Below, in pieces: positions 24,776 to 37,049 of a stretch of DNA of 64,000 nt. The notes below the pieces were generated by a model. It saw only the letters and a list, made by a program, of their open reading frames with translations, did no database searches and was not told where the DNA came from. The translations under genes and the position numbers were made by a program. Origin of the DNA: Chiloscyllium plagiosum (Eukaryota); NCBI RefSeq assembly GCF_004010195.1, contig NC_057718.1, forward strand, positions 95,854,354 to 95,918,353, in the 5' to 3' direction. The stretch's first letter is position 1. Each line of letters starts with the position of its first letter.

Positions 24776-25511
24776 TTTTGGAAACAGTCCTCAAGCTGCA
24801 GACGTTTGTAGAAATGATCAAACTGTAGCATGGAATACACAGGTGACCCTGTTCTGGGGTTAGAGTTGATCAAAATTTTTAAGTGACCAGCCACATAAAT
24901 ACAGTGGTTACAAGGGCAGAAGAAAGGTTAGGAATTCTGTATTAAATAACACCACCCCTAAATCTCAAAAGTCAGTCCAACAGCAAGATACAAGCCAGGG
25001 TGTGGTCAAACGCTCTGTAAGTGGCTGGATGTATGCAGCTCCTGAGGCAACAGTATAAACACTGGGCCACCATGCTGCCCTGCTTGAAACAGTCCTCAAG
25101 CTGCAGATTTTGATATAAATGGTCATCCAGAAAGCAGAGTGGCCCCCAGTGTCCTGTCAATATTTGTCCTTCAAAGAACATTGCAAAACCAAGTCATCTA
25201 ACACACAAACTTACCATTGTTATTCCTACAGTGCAACAATGACTACATTTCAATTGTATTTAATTAACTGCTCAGTACTTGAAACCTCTAGAGGTTGTGA
25301 AGGATGCTATATCAATGTAAATCTTTTGTTCTGCGACATTCAAGTTTCTGCTGGTTCAGACCGCACGTATTTCAGTTAAAACTCTGCTAGGAGGTAATGT
25401 TCACCAGTGCCTGAAACTGAAGGTATGGGGAATGTTATGGGCCCAAACAGTGAGGGAGACAGCAAATATTGTTGTGGATGAGGGAAGGGTTGCAGCAGAG
25501 GGGGAGAGCAC

Positions 25512-26235
25512 TATAGAACATAGAACATAGAAAAGTACAGCACAGAACAGGCCCTTAGGCCCATGATGTTGTGGCGAGACTTAATCCTAATGTAAAATAT
25601 AGTAATTTCACCTACGCACCCCTCAACTCATTGCTATCCATGTGCATGTCCAGCAGTCGCTTAAATGTCCCCAATGACTTCGCTTCCACCACCTCAACTG
25701 GCAATGCATTCCATACATTCACAACTCTCTGCGTAAAGAACCTCCCTCTGACGTCTCCTTTATACCTTCCTCCTAATATCTTCAAACTATGACTTCTCAT
25801 ACCAGTCAATCCTGCCCTGGGGAAACGTCTCTGGCTATTGACTCTATGTATTCTTCTCATTATTTTGTACACCTTGATCAAGTCTCCTCTCTTCCTCCTT
25901 CTCCCCAGAGAGAAAAGTCCGAGCTTATTCAACCTTTCTTCATAAGGCAAGCGCTCCAGTCCAGGCAGCATCCTGGTAAACCTTCTTTGCACCCTCCCCA
26001 AAGCCTCTGTATCTTTCCTATAGTGGGGCGACCAGAACTGGGCACAATATTCCAAGTGTGGTCTCACCAGGACTTGTAGAGCTGCAGCAAAACCTCGGGG
26101 CTCTTAAACTCAATACTCCTGTTAATGAAAGGCAAAACACCATATGCTTTCTTAAAACCCTATCCACTTGCGTGGCAACTTTGAGGGACCTATGTACTTA
26201 CATACCCAGATCCCTCTGTTCCTCCACACTGCCTG
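25512..26235 (-). mobile_element. CR1 3' portion with (ATAGAAC)n tail
   Basis: ORF 25612..26067 RPHLEYCAQFWSPHYRKD...RFFTQRVVNVWNALPVEVVEAKSLGTFKRLLD. Confidence 0.92.
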
Positions 26236-26827
26236 TCTTTAATCCTATAATCCTATTGGGGAATGGGGGAGGAAGTGAGAAATGGGTTGAGAATGAGGGA
26301 GGGGGGTGAACAGTGTTGTGGGGAGAAAGGAGAATGAATACTATGGGAGAGGTGAGGGAGGGATTTGAGCATTGTTGTGGATGGCTGAGTGAGTTTTTAT
26401 GAGAGCACGTTGTACAGTGTGGAGTTGTCAGCTCCCTTTAGAACTACGCAAGTCAATGAACTGAGACCTGACCTGAAGGGGATGACTTTTGTTCATGAAA
26501 AGAGTTTATGACTGCACTGGAATTACATCCACCAATTTGCCTCCTGTCTCTGTTTGGAACTATACTTGACCTGGAATTGGAACCACGCAAAGACTCCGGA
26601 GCAACGTAGCAAGTGGGCAGTGCTGTAGTGTTGGACACAGCTTCTTTTGATGTGACCAGAAGACTATGAGCTATTGTGACATAAAGCGGGGTGCAGCTTG
26701 ATGGGCAAGTGGTTGCCAGTCAGAATGAGTCACTGACAGCAATGCATTTCGAGTTCGAGGTTCAGAGTGCTCCCAAGGAGTTTTCTTTGACCTCTTCTGG
26801 AACTTTGGACATTTGTTTGGTGGTTTA

Positions 26828-27708
26828 GTGGAGAAGGTTATCTAAGATCACAAAGAAGTCTTGGTCAGTTGGGTCAATGGGCTGAAGAGTGGCAGATGGA
26901 GTTTAATTTGGATAAATACGAGGTATTGCATTTTGGTAAAACAAGCAAAGACAAGACTTACACAATTAAAAGTAGTGCTTTGGGTAACGTAGGACAGAGA
27001 AACCTAGGGGTCCAGATCTATAATGCTTTGAAGTTTGCATCACATGTAGATAGGGTGGTTCAGAAGATATGTAACACACTTGCCTTCATTGTTCAGACCT
27101 TTGAGCAGAGGAGTTGGGATATTATGTTGAGGATGTACAAGACATTTGTTGGGCCCCTTCTGGAGCACTATGTCCAGTTCTGGTGACCCCGTTATCGGAA
27201 GGATATTATTAAGCTGGAGAGGGTTCAGAAGAGATTTACCAGGATTTTGCCAGGAATGGAGGGTTTGAGTTATAAGGAGAGGCTGGATTGGATGGCACTT
27301 CTCTCACTGGAGTGTAAATGGTTGAGAGGAGACCGTATAGAGGTTTATAAAATCATGAGGGCATAGATAAGGTAAATGGCAGGTGCCTTTTCTCTAGGGT
27401 GGGGGATTTCAAGACAGAGATCATTTTTGGAGGTGAGAGGAGAAAGATTTAAAAAAGACACATGGAACAATTTTTTTACACAGAGATGGTTTGTGTGTGG
27501 AATGAGGTTCCAGAGGAAGTGGTGAATACAGGTCTAGTTACAATATTTAAAAGATACTTACATGAATAAGAAATGTTTGGGAGGGCATGCGGGGGTGGGG
27601 GTTGGGTGGGTATGGGCCAAGTGCAGGCAGGTGGGACTATTATGGGATTATGGTCAGCACGGACTGGTTGGACCAGCGGGTCTGTTCCTGTTCTGAATGA
27701 CTCTATGA
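26828..27708 (+). mobile_element. CR1 3' portion
   Basis: GQWAEEWQMEFNLDKYEVLHFGK...LLEHYVQFW, then the standard tail. Confidence 0.92.
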
Positions 27709-28814
27709 TTGTTGAGGAAATAAGGAGCTGGCAAGGGAGACAGTTTCTGGTGATCCAAATGCAGGGTTCAGTCGACCATAGTTGTTTTTTTGAGACCTTC
27801 TACATCCTGAAAACTTGTGAAACTGGCTTCAGGAGGGAGAGGTCCTTCAGGCCCCTGGTGTTGACGTTGTCCAATTCCTGATAGGCTTCCCACTACCAGG
27901 AACTAGCCAGTGATGGCTGTCAAACATACGAGTGGGAACCTGGGGAGGATAGCATCAAACTCGTCCTGTTGCTCCCAGCAAACACTAAGATTGGCTGCAC
28001 AGATTGTCAGTCTTAGCGATGATCTGGGCCTAGACAGAGGTGGTATATTCTGGCCTGACACCCATGGTTGTAGGGAGTCTGCTATTCTTGGGTCAGGGGG
28101 CTGGGGCCATTGCACTCAGGTTGAGGGTACAGACGGGTACAGCCACTGTGTTGGATTGGGGCTGATTGCAATGACAACAGGGGCCCCCAGTCCAGGAGCT
28201 GAACAGATGCCTGTGATATCTGCCCCTTCCCCTGGCATTGGTCATTTGGAAAATGGCACATGAGGGTAGTCATTGACTCAGTGCCCATTTACCATCGATG
28301 GACCAACACTGTGGGAAATGAAGAGAGGAAAGTGCTAAGAAAAGGAACAATTCGTCCAAATAACAGTTAATTGCACTTTCCCCATTTTGTTTAAATTTGG
28401 GATTACTTCAGACAGGTGCTCCACCTGGATGCCAATTCGCACCTGCTTGAGAGGCAGATACATTGTAGGGGTGGGCATACGGAATGATGGCAGCAAGGAA
28501 AGGTGAAAGCAATGATTTTAGGAGATTGGAAATGGGAATAACAGCAGCTATACAGAAGGGTTTCAACACGGAACTTGTATCGGGTATCATCCAGACCTCT
28601 GAACTGACCCAGACGGTTGTATAAGGTAATGGTTTGGAAAGAGTTAATGTTGAAGCTTTATTAAGTCCCACCTAATTTGATGATGTCCTACAATCATTTG
28701 GTGAGAAGCAGCAGCTCACCTGATAGAGTCAGAAGTGTCATCTCTGGCCCTTGATAGTCTTAGTGATTGTACCTCACTAATCTGATCTTAATCAATGTCA
28801 CAAACATAAATTAT

Positions 28815-28985
28815 CAAGTCATTATCATGTTGCTCCTTGTGGGAGCTTGCTACTGGCAACTTGGCTGCTGCTTTTCCTACATTACAATCATGCCTAAGCT
28901 CCAAAAGTACTCCAGGGGTTGTAAAACCCTTTGGAATCCCCTGCGGTTGAGAAAGATGCCGGATAAATGCAAGAGTCTCTTTGTT
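28815..28985 (+). mobile_element. Deu-SINE 3' part
   Basis: tgtgggagcttgct...ttggctgctgcttttcctacattacaa...caaaagtact...ataaatgcaag. Confidence 0.6.
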
Positions 28986-29609
28986 CCAGATCTTCTTGCC
29001 TTTAAATTCTGGCCCCCTTGCCCCCTCCCCAGAAGCAACTCCTGTAGCATAGTCACAGAACATAGAGTTTGGACCCGTGTTGGTGAGTCTGGGATGATAA
29101 GGGAGCTGGAGTTAGCAGTTGGTATCAATACATGGAAAACAGGTCCCCGGTTCCAAATTGGAGTTCTGCCAGTGTAAAAGTGGAACAGGCGATTTTAGAA
29201 AGTACTGGATTCACACTGATATAAAACTGAATCACCAGACCGGCCAATTAACCAATTTTTTTTCCCTCTTTCACCTGCCGCCTGTTTTGGCCACCAATTT
29301 GTTTTAAGTTGCCTGTCTCCACTTTCTCCCACTATGAGCTTATATAGACCCAATTCAACAACACCTTGCATTGCTCCAGCAATGTTAAAAAGCGTCCAAA
29401 GCCACTTCACCGGAACACATGGGTGACCAGAGGAGTTTTTAACTGTCACAAAGACATTGGATTGTGGAACACCATTCAGAGTTTCAGGGCATCCCTAAGT
29501 GCCGCAGTTACTATTGTACACAGCAACCAATTGGTATACAGCAAGCTTTCACAAATTGTAAAATCAGGTTTCTTTCTCTTAGCGTTGTTGATCATGCATT
29601 AAGCTTTGG

Positions 29610-29838
29610 TCAGGGCACCTGGCAAACCTCCCCTGCCCTTATTCCTTTGGAGGATTTTTAACACCCACTTGAAAAGGCAGATGTGGTCTTAAACCAAAGC
29701 TCCATTCATAATTTGGCATCTTCAATGTCCAGCACCCCATCAGGGCTGCACTCAGGAGCAATCCTAGGTCTTTGCACTCAAGCCTTTAATCAGGAAACAG
29801 GACCCAGAACCTCCTGACTCAGAGGCAGTGACACTACT
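29610..29838 (-). mobile_element. Deu-SINE 5' and central remnant
   Basis: ctcccctgccctt...acccagaacctcctgactcagaggc (antisense tRNA-like head). Confidence 0.45.
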
Positions 29839-29954
29839 AAAAGAGCCATGACTGATACAGTAAGGATGAATGCAGGGCTGCCTCATGCAATATCGTGTAG
29901 TACTCAAAAAGCTTTACACCAAAGCTTGGGACACTGATTTTTAATTTACCTGAG

Positions 29955-30184
29955 TTAATAAAGTGTGGCGCTGGAAAAGCACAACAGGTCAGGCAGCACC
30001 CGAGGAGCAAGAGAGTTGACATTTCGAGGATAACCCTTCTTCAAGTCTGGGGAAGGGGAAAGGAGCTGAGGAGATCTCTTGCTCCTTGGATGCTCCTTGG
30101 ATGCTGCCTGACCTGCGGTGCTTTTTCCAATGCCTCGTTTTATCGACACTAACTCTCCACAATCTGCAGTCTTCCCTTTCTCCT
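29955..30184. mobile_element. PLE family A fold-back
   Basis: Minus arm 29955-30070, plus arm 30075-30184. Approximate TSD tttttaatttacctg / tttctaatttacatg. Confidence 0.75.
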
Positions 30185-30269
30185 TTCTAATTTACATGCC
30201 CACAATACCTCATATGTATGGTTAGATCTTTACCCTTTCTGCAGGTACAGGTCAAATTAAAACAACCTT

Positions 30270-30432
30270 ATGTCCTTTAGGGAGGGAAACTACCATCCTT
30301 ACCTGGTCTGGCCTACATGAGGCTCCAGACTCACAGCAACGTGGTTGACTCTTAACTGCTCTCTGGGCAATTAGGGATGGGCAAAGAATGCAGGGCTAGC
30401 CAGCGATGCCTACATCCCGTGAATGAACTAAA
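30270..30432 (+). mobile_element. Second tRNA-derived SINE family, 3' half
   Basis: tgtcctttagggagggaaactaccatccttacctggtctggcctacatg...gggcaattagggatgggc...catcccgtgaatgaa. Confidence 0.75.
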
Positions 30433-30474
30433 AGACAGAAGGTGCAGTAAGTTTCATAAAATATGAGGTAGCGG

Positions 30475-30770
30475 AAAGTTTTAGTGTCCAAAGGAACCCA
30501 GGTTTCCTTGTTGTAAGTCATTGAAAGCGAGCGTGTAGTGCATAGCTTGAACAGTGTGTGAGCCTTTATTAAAAGAAGATTTGAGTACAGGAGCAAAAAA
30601 AGTCTCGCTTTAATTGTATACAACAGTGTAGGACCACACTTGGAGTATTGTGTGCAACTCTGCTCCCCTTACTGACAGAAGACTGTACTTACCAAATAAG
30701 GAATGCAGCCGAGATGCCCCAGCCTGCTTCCTGCGGTGTTGTGACTGTCCTCTGAACAGATACTGAGGAG
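30475..30770 (+). mobile_element. Old CR1 fragment
   Basis: aggaccacacttggagtattgtgtgcaactctgctcccc (RPHLEYCVQLCSP). Confidence 0.65.
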
Positions 30771-30775
30771 ACCTT

Positions 30776-31440
30776 TTTTGATTTGATTTATTATTGTCAC
30801 GTCCTTAGGTACAGTGAAAAGTTTTGCTTTGCATGGAGTACAGGCAGATCGTAGCATACTATACCATTGGTGGCACAGTGGCTGAGTGGTTAGCAGGTTC
30901 GATTCCAGCTTCAGGCGACTGTCTGTGTGGAGTTTGCACATTCTCTCCGTGTCTGCGTGGGTTTCCTTTGGGTGCTCTGGTTTCCTCCCACAGTCCAAAG
31001 ATGTGCAGGTCAGGTGAATTGGCCGTGCTAAATTGCCCATAGTGTTAGGTGCATTAGTCAGAGGGAAATGGGTCTGGGTGGGTTACTCTTTGGATGGTCA
31101 GTGTGGACTGGCTGGGCTGAAGGGCCTGTTTCCACACTGTAGGGAATCTAATCTACAAAGTGCATGAGGGTACCGCAGAACAAAAAAGAAATGTTACAGC
31201 TGCAGAGAAGGCAACAGAGAGCAGGATCGACATTAAATTTAAACTTTGAGAGATCTATTCAGAAGTCTGGTAACAGAGGGGAAGTAACTGTTCTTGAACC
31301 TGTTGGTACGTGTGTTTCAGCTTCTGTATCTTCTACCTGACAGAAGAGGTTTGAAGAGATTGTAATAAGGGATGTGGGGGAGGGGGGTGTCTGTGATGAT
31401 GTTGGCTGCCTTCCCAAGGCAGTGGGAAGTATAGATAGAC
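30776..31440 (-). mobile_element. Rex1/Babar 3' end interrupted by an HE1 SINE
   Basis: ttgatttgatttattattgtcac...tacagtgaaaag; resumes at about 31156 through cttctgtatcttctacctgacagaag. Confidence 0.75.
30868..31155 (+). mobile_element. HE1-like V-SINE
   Basis: ggcacagtggctgagtgg, ggttcgattcc, V-domain, tail. Confidence 0.9.
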
Positions 31441-31854
31441 TGGGTTTCCTTAAGGTCAGCAGTGTCGGCCTACGGGAAGCCGAGAAGTTTCTGTTCACTC
31501 TAGGCTTGCGGGCATGGTAATCAGGCCTGGTCAATCAGAGAATCTTCAGGCCTGCAAGTTGACTGAAGAGTTGGGCCACTATCCTCTGCAGGTCAGAAGA
31601 ATGAATGGCAATCACAGACCAACCTAGAAAATTCTTAAAGAGATGGACAGAATAGATGCAGACAGGACATTTCACTCAACTAACCCATTCTTAACTGTTG
31701 ATATAACAGAATTTGGTTACAACCTTATTACCCACAACGTACAAATAATTATACCCATATCTCTTACATTTAACCTGATATCTCTGTAGCCTCATTATTG
31801 ATCCCTCAATCTCAGTGAAGAGGTTTATATTTGCTCTATTCACAGATTCAAACA

Positions 31855-32085
31855 TTGATTTAATTTGATATGATTTATTATTGTCAAATGTACCAAGTTT
31901 CAGTGAACAGTATTGTTTTGTGTGCTAATCAGACAAATCCTATCTTACATAAGTACAACAGGGTAATAGAACAGAATACATAATATACAGAAGGTGCAAA
32001 GAAAGATCAACTCTGGTATAAGAGAGGTCTATTCATGAGTCTGATAACAGCAGGGAAGAAGCTGTTCTTGAATCTGTTGGTATCA
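31855..32085 (-). mobile_element. Rex1/Babar 3' end
   Basis: tgatttattattgtc...cagtgaac...gggaagaagctgttcttgaatctgttgg. Confidence 0.72.
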
Positions 32086-32559
32086 GTTTAACCTGTAGTC
32101 TCCTCAAATTATCAAAAATAAGTGTAATAATTTATCTTTACATGCAAGTTTTACTTGTAATCAAACATCTGCCTCTCAAACTGAGGAGAGTAGAAACACA
32201 GATCTAACACCATTAGCACGTAGCTCTGAGATACCTTTGAGACATTGTTGGTGATTAATCTCATTAATAAATGAGGAACATTGGTGACAAACTAACTGGC
32301 ATGCTACTGTCATACTCCTGTTGTCATTGCTTCCCACCTCATCAATCTTCTTTATATAACTCAGGAGAGCCGGGAGTTAAGGTCAAAGTTGGATTGCAGG
32401 TCAGAGGGGGAAAGAGGTGCTTGATTGAAGATAGCTCCAGAACAAGAGGTGAATGGGAGAGGAAACAAGGTGAGGATTGGGAGACCTGTCTACACTGAGA
32501 TCAGGGTGGTGTAATGTCACAGGTGCGGGGGAAAGCAGCTGATCATTGTGCATTGGCAA

Positions 32560-32700
32560 GTCCAAAGTGCCAAATGGAGTGCACATTCTTCAGTACGTGC
32601 AAAGTTATGGATACACCGTGTGTTCCAGACAAATACATCGACAGAAGATTCACCTGTTGCCCAAGCTTGAAGTTTGGGTATCTGTCAGGGAGTGGAACTC
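32560..32700 (+). mobile_element. Possible decayed CR1 ORF1 N-terminal zinc-finger region
   Basis: MECTFFSTCKVMDTPCVPDKYI resembles the CR1 ORF1 motif ECxxCxMWEVxD...VPDxYxCxxC. Confidence 0.4.
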
Positions 32701-32989
32701 CTGTCAGTGGCTTCGGGGGCTGTTTTCGTTGGTGCTAGTTTGGGTCTCCGTGTGGCGGCTTCAGTCAGTCTGTGACTCCATGTGGTGTTTACTCCAGCAT
32801 CATGGTGGGTCCGGCCTGGGATTCCAACAGGGGTCAGCTCCTTGAGCCCAGAGCTGTCACATGGACTAAGTGGGCTTTGTCTTAAATTTGCTTCTTTTTA
32901 ATTTCTGTTTTGTTTTCTTCATTTGGTTAATTTGGAAGGACTGTTCCAAACGTTTTACTTCTTCATTAATCTAGTTTATTACTATGATT

Positions 32990-33607
32990 TTGAAGGTCTG
33001 TAATGCTGGACTTTTTATTTCTTTACTTTCCTAATCTTTTTTCCCTCAGAATTTGTACTGAAGAATTTGTAGCTCGGTACTTTTGTTCCTAAGATGGTGC
33101 CGTAAGTGGCAATTTGTAAACTTCTCACTCTCCTTGTATGCGTATTATTTCTTTTTATTTTATTAAACAATACAGTTTACAAAACAGTTAACATTAACAG
33201 CTGTATACAGAGAAACAGCAATTTTACAAAGCCAGGCCCCAAACCCGACCGTTCAACCCGTTTCCAGGGAAATGAGGACAAACCTCAAATCCCTGTTTCA
33301 ATCATTACAGAACAGTAACAATGACATTTTTACATATAAGACAGTCCAAATGCGTAAATAACAGTGCATAAAATACAAACCCCCCAGCAAGCCCCCGTCC
33401 CTCCCACCTTCTGGCCACTCTAAGGCAGCCACCCCTTGCCCCTTCTGGCTCTCGGTTCGCCCTGACACGCCTTCCAACCACCTCTAGGACAGCCCGTCCT
33501 GCTTCCACAACCACCCCTCCCAGGACGACAGTGAACAGGACGATCTACCCAGCTTTCCTTGTATGTTTATATGTGACAATAAAGCTAATTCAATTCAATT
33601 CAATTCA
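32990..33607 (+). mobile_element. Non-LTR element 3' end with Rex1-like tail and (AATTC)n, interrupted at 33141-33555
   Basis: cctaagatggtgccgtaag...cttctcactc|...atgtgacaataaagct(aattc)n. Confidence 0.6.
33141..33555 (-). mobile_element. Poly(A)-type (Tx1/L1-like) retroelement 3' end with 10-bp TSD
   Basis: TSD tccttgtatg at 33131-33140 and 33556-33565. The minus strand ends in aataaaataaaaagaaataa. Confidence 0.65.
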
Positions 33608-33899
33608 GTTGTTGAGTGACACACTGTTTCAGAGATGGCACATCTCTCAACATATTGCTCAATTCTTCCAGCCTAGTCTTTCCAATGCGAAGACTTGTTA
33701 AGGGTGGCAATTGAGAATTCCATAATTATTGGCCCGCTATCCTCAGAAATTAAACTCTGGATGCTGTAACGTTCTGTCAAACGTGTGCACACCTCTCTCG
33801 AGTACTTGAGGATATGTGTTTACGTATACGATCACAATGAACTTCTTAGGAACCCGTTTAGAATGGGGATGTCTTCAATCCTGGAGTTGTGATTCCTGA

Positions 33900-34165
33900 G
33901 GGCAGCCAACCCATCTAATAGTGGATCCACACAGCTTCCCACAGATGGTATATGAGTGGGTGGGTAGGATGCTTGGATTATCACTCCCTCCTTCCACTGT
34001 TTGCATTTTGTCTCCCCCTGCGGCTGCCAGAGATGCTCAAAGTGGTTGTCTCCTTTGAGGCTGCTTCGCCTCCAGTTTGGATGGTCCTTACAAATAGATT
34101 CCCTTGTGTTGGTAGCGAGGGATATTGCATATTTTTGAGGGAAGCTTTGAAGCATAGTGTGCATT
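33900..34165 (-). mobile_element. RTE-type LINE C-terminal remnant
   Basis: TNTRESICKDHPNWRRSSLKGDNHFEHLWQPQGETKCKQWKE resembles the RTE/BovB ORF end (WE..AxDRxxWR...KRxxRKE). Confidence 0.55.
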
Positions 34166-34329
34166 AATGGAAAAGCTAGTCAAGCCCACGGGGGAGAACG
34201 GCAATAGAGGATTAAAGTGATGGATTCTGACAAAGAAAGGTGGGAGAAGTGGAGTGAGAACATTGACAGGCATGGGTTGGGCTGAATGGCCTCTTCTCTA
34301 AATATCCTACATAACCCATAAATGCACGG

Positions 34330-34600
34330 TTTAAAAATAAAGGGGCCTCCCATATAAGATGGAGATGAGAAGGAATGGTTCCTGTCAGGGGGTCATGAGT
34401 CTGTGGATCTCCTTTCACCAGAGGCATGTGATAGCAGAACTCTTGAATATATTTAAGGCAGAGTTAAATGGAGTTTTGACTATCAAGGGAGCCACAGAGT
34501 ATTGGGGGTGGACATAAAAGTGGTGTTGAAGCCACAACTAAGCCAGTCATGATCTTATCAAATGCTGGAGGAGGCTAGCCTGGTCTACTCCTAATTGTAT
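34330..34600 (+). mobile_element. Old CR1 3' end
   Basis: ggagatgagaaggaat...atatttaaggcagag...catgatcttatcaaatg. Confidence 0.65.
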
Positions 34601-34724
34601 GTATATTTTACGTGTCACGATATTTTTAGTATATCCATCACACTACTGAAAAATAGTTTGATGGTTTTACATAAAAGCCCTCCTTTTCCTCATGTCATCT
34701 GTTATGATTCAGCCTGAAGTGGTT

Positions 34725-34822
34725 CGGTTGAAAAGTCACAGGATTCGAAACGGTTACTCTGCTTTCTCCCAACAGATGCTGCGGGCCCTGCTGAGTTTCG
34801 CCAGCAATTTCGGTTTTTGTCA
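34725..34822 (+). mobile_element. PLE family B terminus, degenerate
   Basis: cgaaacggttactctgctttctcccaacagatgctgc...ctgctgagtttcgccagcaatttc. Confidence 0.6.
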
Positions 34823-35344
34823 TAGCCTGACTGATCTTGGCTGATAGAACCTCACCCATTGACCATGGGACTATTGCATCTGTTACAACTACTTCCAAGT
34901 GGGAAGCTGATGCAAGTTTAGGGAAAAGATCAAGTGCTGACTCAACTACCCAGAATACACTAACATTTTGCTCAGAAGTTGGACACAGTGCAGTCCATTT
35001 TATTCTCCGTTATGTCCCCTGCCGTTGCTCCAAATGTTCTGACTTTCATGTGATCTGCCAGTTGAGCACTTATACTTGCACTTCTCAATGTGTGAGGGAG
35101 TTATCAGTAAGCTGCTCAACCTTATAACAGACAGCACCTTCCTTCAGGTCACACCTGTCATTCTTGATTCTTCGGTTTTGTAATAGGAACCCACCGGCCA
35201 GGAAACTAATAGAATTAGATTGCCCTCTGCAATAAGATATTCAATCCAACGGCACATTTGTATTCACATTTAAATTTGTATTCCTATCTCAGTTCATCTG
35301 CTTCAGACCCTAACCACACTTTGTGATTTCTTGTCAGGTGTCCT

Positions 35345-35772
35345 ACAATCTATCCTGTTGAGATCGATCAAATACTCTGCTCCTCACTTGCACCAAGACC
35401 CATTCACCCATTATCCCAACACCTTGGTCTTAAACTCTCAATCGCATCTTCAAATATCCATGGCCTCGCCCCTCCCTATTGCTGTTATCACATCCAATCC
35501 TACAACCCCCTATGATACATGTCCGACTCCAATTCAGGCTTCTAGAGTATCCTGTCCCCTCATCGCTGTACTTCAGTGGCTGAGCATTCAGTTGCTAAGG
35601 TCTGAAGCTCTGGTCTGACTTCCCCCTTTATACCTCTCCTTTCTCCTTTTAAAATCAGGCTCTTTATCCAGGCTTGTAGTCATCTACCCCATATCTCCCT
35701 GTGTGACTGTATATTTGGTTTATAACTCTTCTGTGAGGCACTTGAGGTGTTTTACTACATTAAGGGAAGTAT
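35345..35772 (+). mobile_element. L2-type LINE 3' remnant
   Basis: tcttcaaatatccatggcctcgcccctccctat...tctgtgaggcacttgaggtgttttactacattaagg; tail continues at 36133-36152. Confidence 0.55.
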
Positions 35773-35774
35773 AG

Positions 35775-36130
35775 ATAGAATAGAATCCCTACAGTGTCTA
35801 AACAGGCCATTTGGCCCAACAAGTCCACGCCAGCCCTCTGAAGACCATCCCACACAGACCCATTCCCCTACCCTATTACTCTATATCTCCCCCTGACTAA
35901 AGCAGCTAACCTACACATCCCTGAACACTACGGGCAATTTAGAACCGCCGATTCACCCTAACCTGCACATCTTTGGATTGTGGGAGGAAACCAGAGCATC
36001 TGGAGGAAACCCACACAGGCACAGGGAGAATGTGTAAACTCCACACAGACAGTCGCCTGAGGCAGGGGTCGAACCCGGGTCCCTGGTGCTGTGAGGCAGC
36101 AGTGTTAACCACTGAGACACCATGCCACCC
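35775..36130 (-). mobile_element. HE1-like V-SINE
   Basis: tagaatccctacagtg tail through ggtcgaacccggg and aaccactgagacaccatgccacc head. Confidence 0.9.
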
Positions 36131-36158
36131 CCATGTAAATGTAAGTTATTGCTTATAC

Positions 36159-36815
36159 TGTTATCATGTGGGATAAACCCTCCTGCTTAATTTAAACCAG
36201 CAACACAGAAAAGATTTATCCTGTGCAGTAATCTGTGAAAATTCGAGAGGCCAAGAACTATTTAAAGTAGCAACTATTTACAACTCCTTCCTCTAAACTA
36301 TCTTTTACCTTCCCCTTCTACAATACTAGTCCAATAAAACCTCCCGATTTACCAAAAATTCAAGTACTCAAAACCAGCCAGATGTCGAATCTTCTCTTCC
36401 TCTGTCTTTTCTTTTTTTCAGGGATTTCTGCTTCACAGGTCATTGGTCAATAAAGGTACCTTTAAGAAAGCGTTTCTCCAGGCAGTCTGCAGATGCTGTT
36501 CTCTTCCCAACTGTTCAATTTTCCCCGGTCTTATACCCCCGAAGCATCAGATTGTGTCATTGGCTTTTAAGATTGTCAATATACTCAATTCAAACTTGAT
36601 TGGAGTTTGGTTTTTTTTGGGGGTGGGTGGGAGGGGGGTATAACTTAAACTGATTGGCCTAATTCAAATTTGTTTTGTCATCTCCAGGCAACCAGCTAAT
36701 TGAATTGTTCGACCAAATGTTACATTATATCTTTTTCAGGACATTTGATGCTGCCAGATGGTTCTGCTAGCATTTAGCTCTCTTAAAGGTACAATACACC
36801 CACATCTTCTTAACA
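36159..36815 (-). mobile_element. Solo LTR (Gypsy- or ERV-type), 657 bp
   Basis: TGTTA...TAACA termini with internal atgtggg/cccacat inverted match. 4-bp TSD ATAC at 36155-36158 and 36816-36819. CCAAT and TATA-like (ggggtataag) motifs on the minus strand. Confidence 0.75.
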
Positions 36816-37023
36816 ATACCCTTCCCAAATTTGCTTTTCACTGTCATCAAGACTTATATTCAAATTAATGCCAAGCACAACGTCGTTCCCATCCTCTCTC
36901 TTGGAAACTCGTGGCCAAGGCACATCTTAGTTCAGTTTCTGAGATTCAGTCTAGAGACTGGTGAGATAATCATTGACACAAGGACCAAGGAGTTGTGTTT
37001 GTATCTTCTGCTACTTTCCTGAA

Positions 37024-37049
37024 GTGTGTGTGTGTGTGTGTGTGTGTGT
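37024..37049. repeat. (GT)n microsatellite
   Basis: About 13 GT units. Confidence 0.95.

Larger units (their letters stand above)
23950..25330 (+). mobile_element. Deu-domain SINE fragmented by nested insertions
   Basis: Head 23950-24015, Deu segment 24370-24458 (gatgagatgttaacc), continuation 25140-25330 (gtgtcctgtcaatattt...ttcctacag...ggatgctatatcaatgtaa). Confidence 0.55.

Noticed and set aside
27780..28680. Unique-looking GC-moderate stretch with ORFs of 117 aa and 87 aa
   Set aside because: No recognisable protein similarity or splice structure, so no call can be supported.
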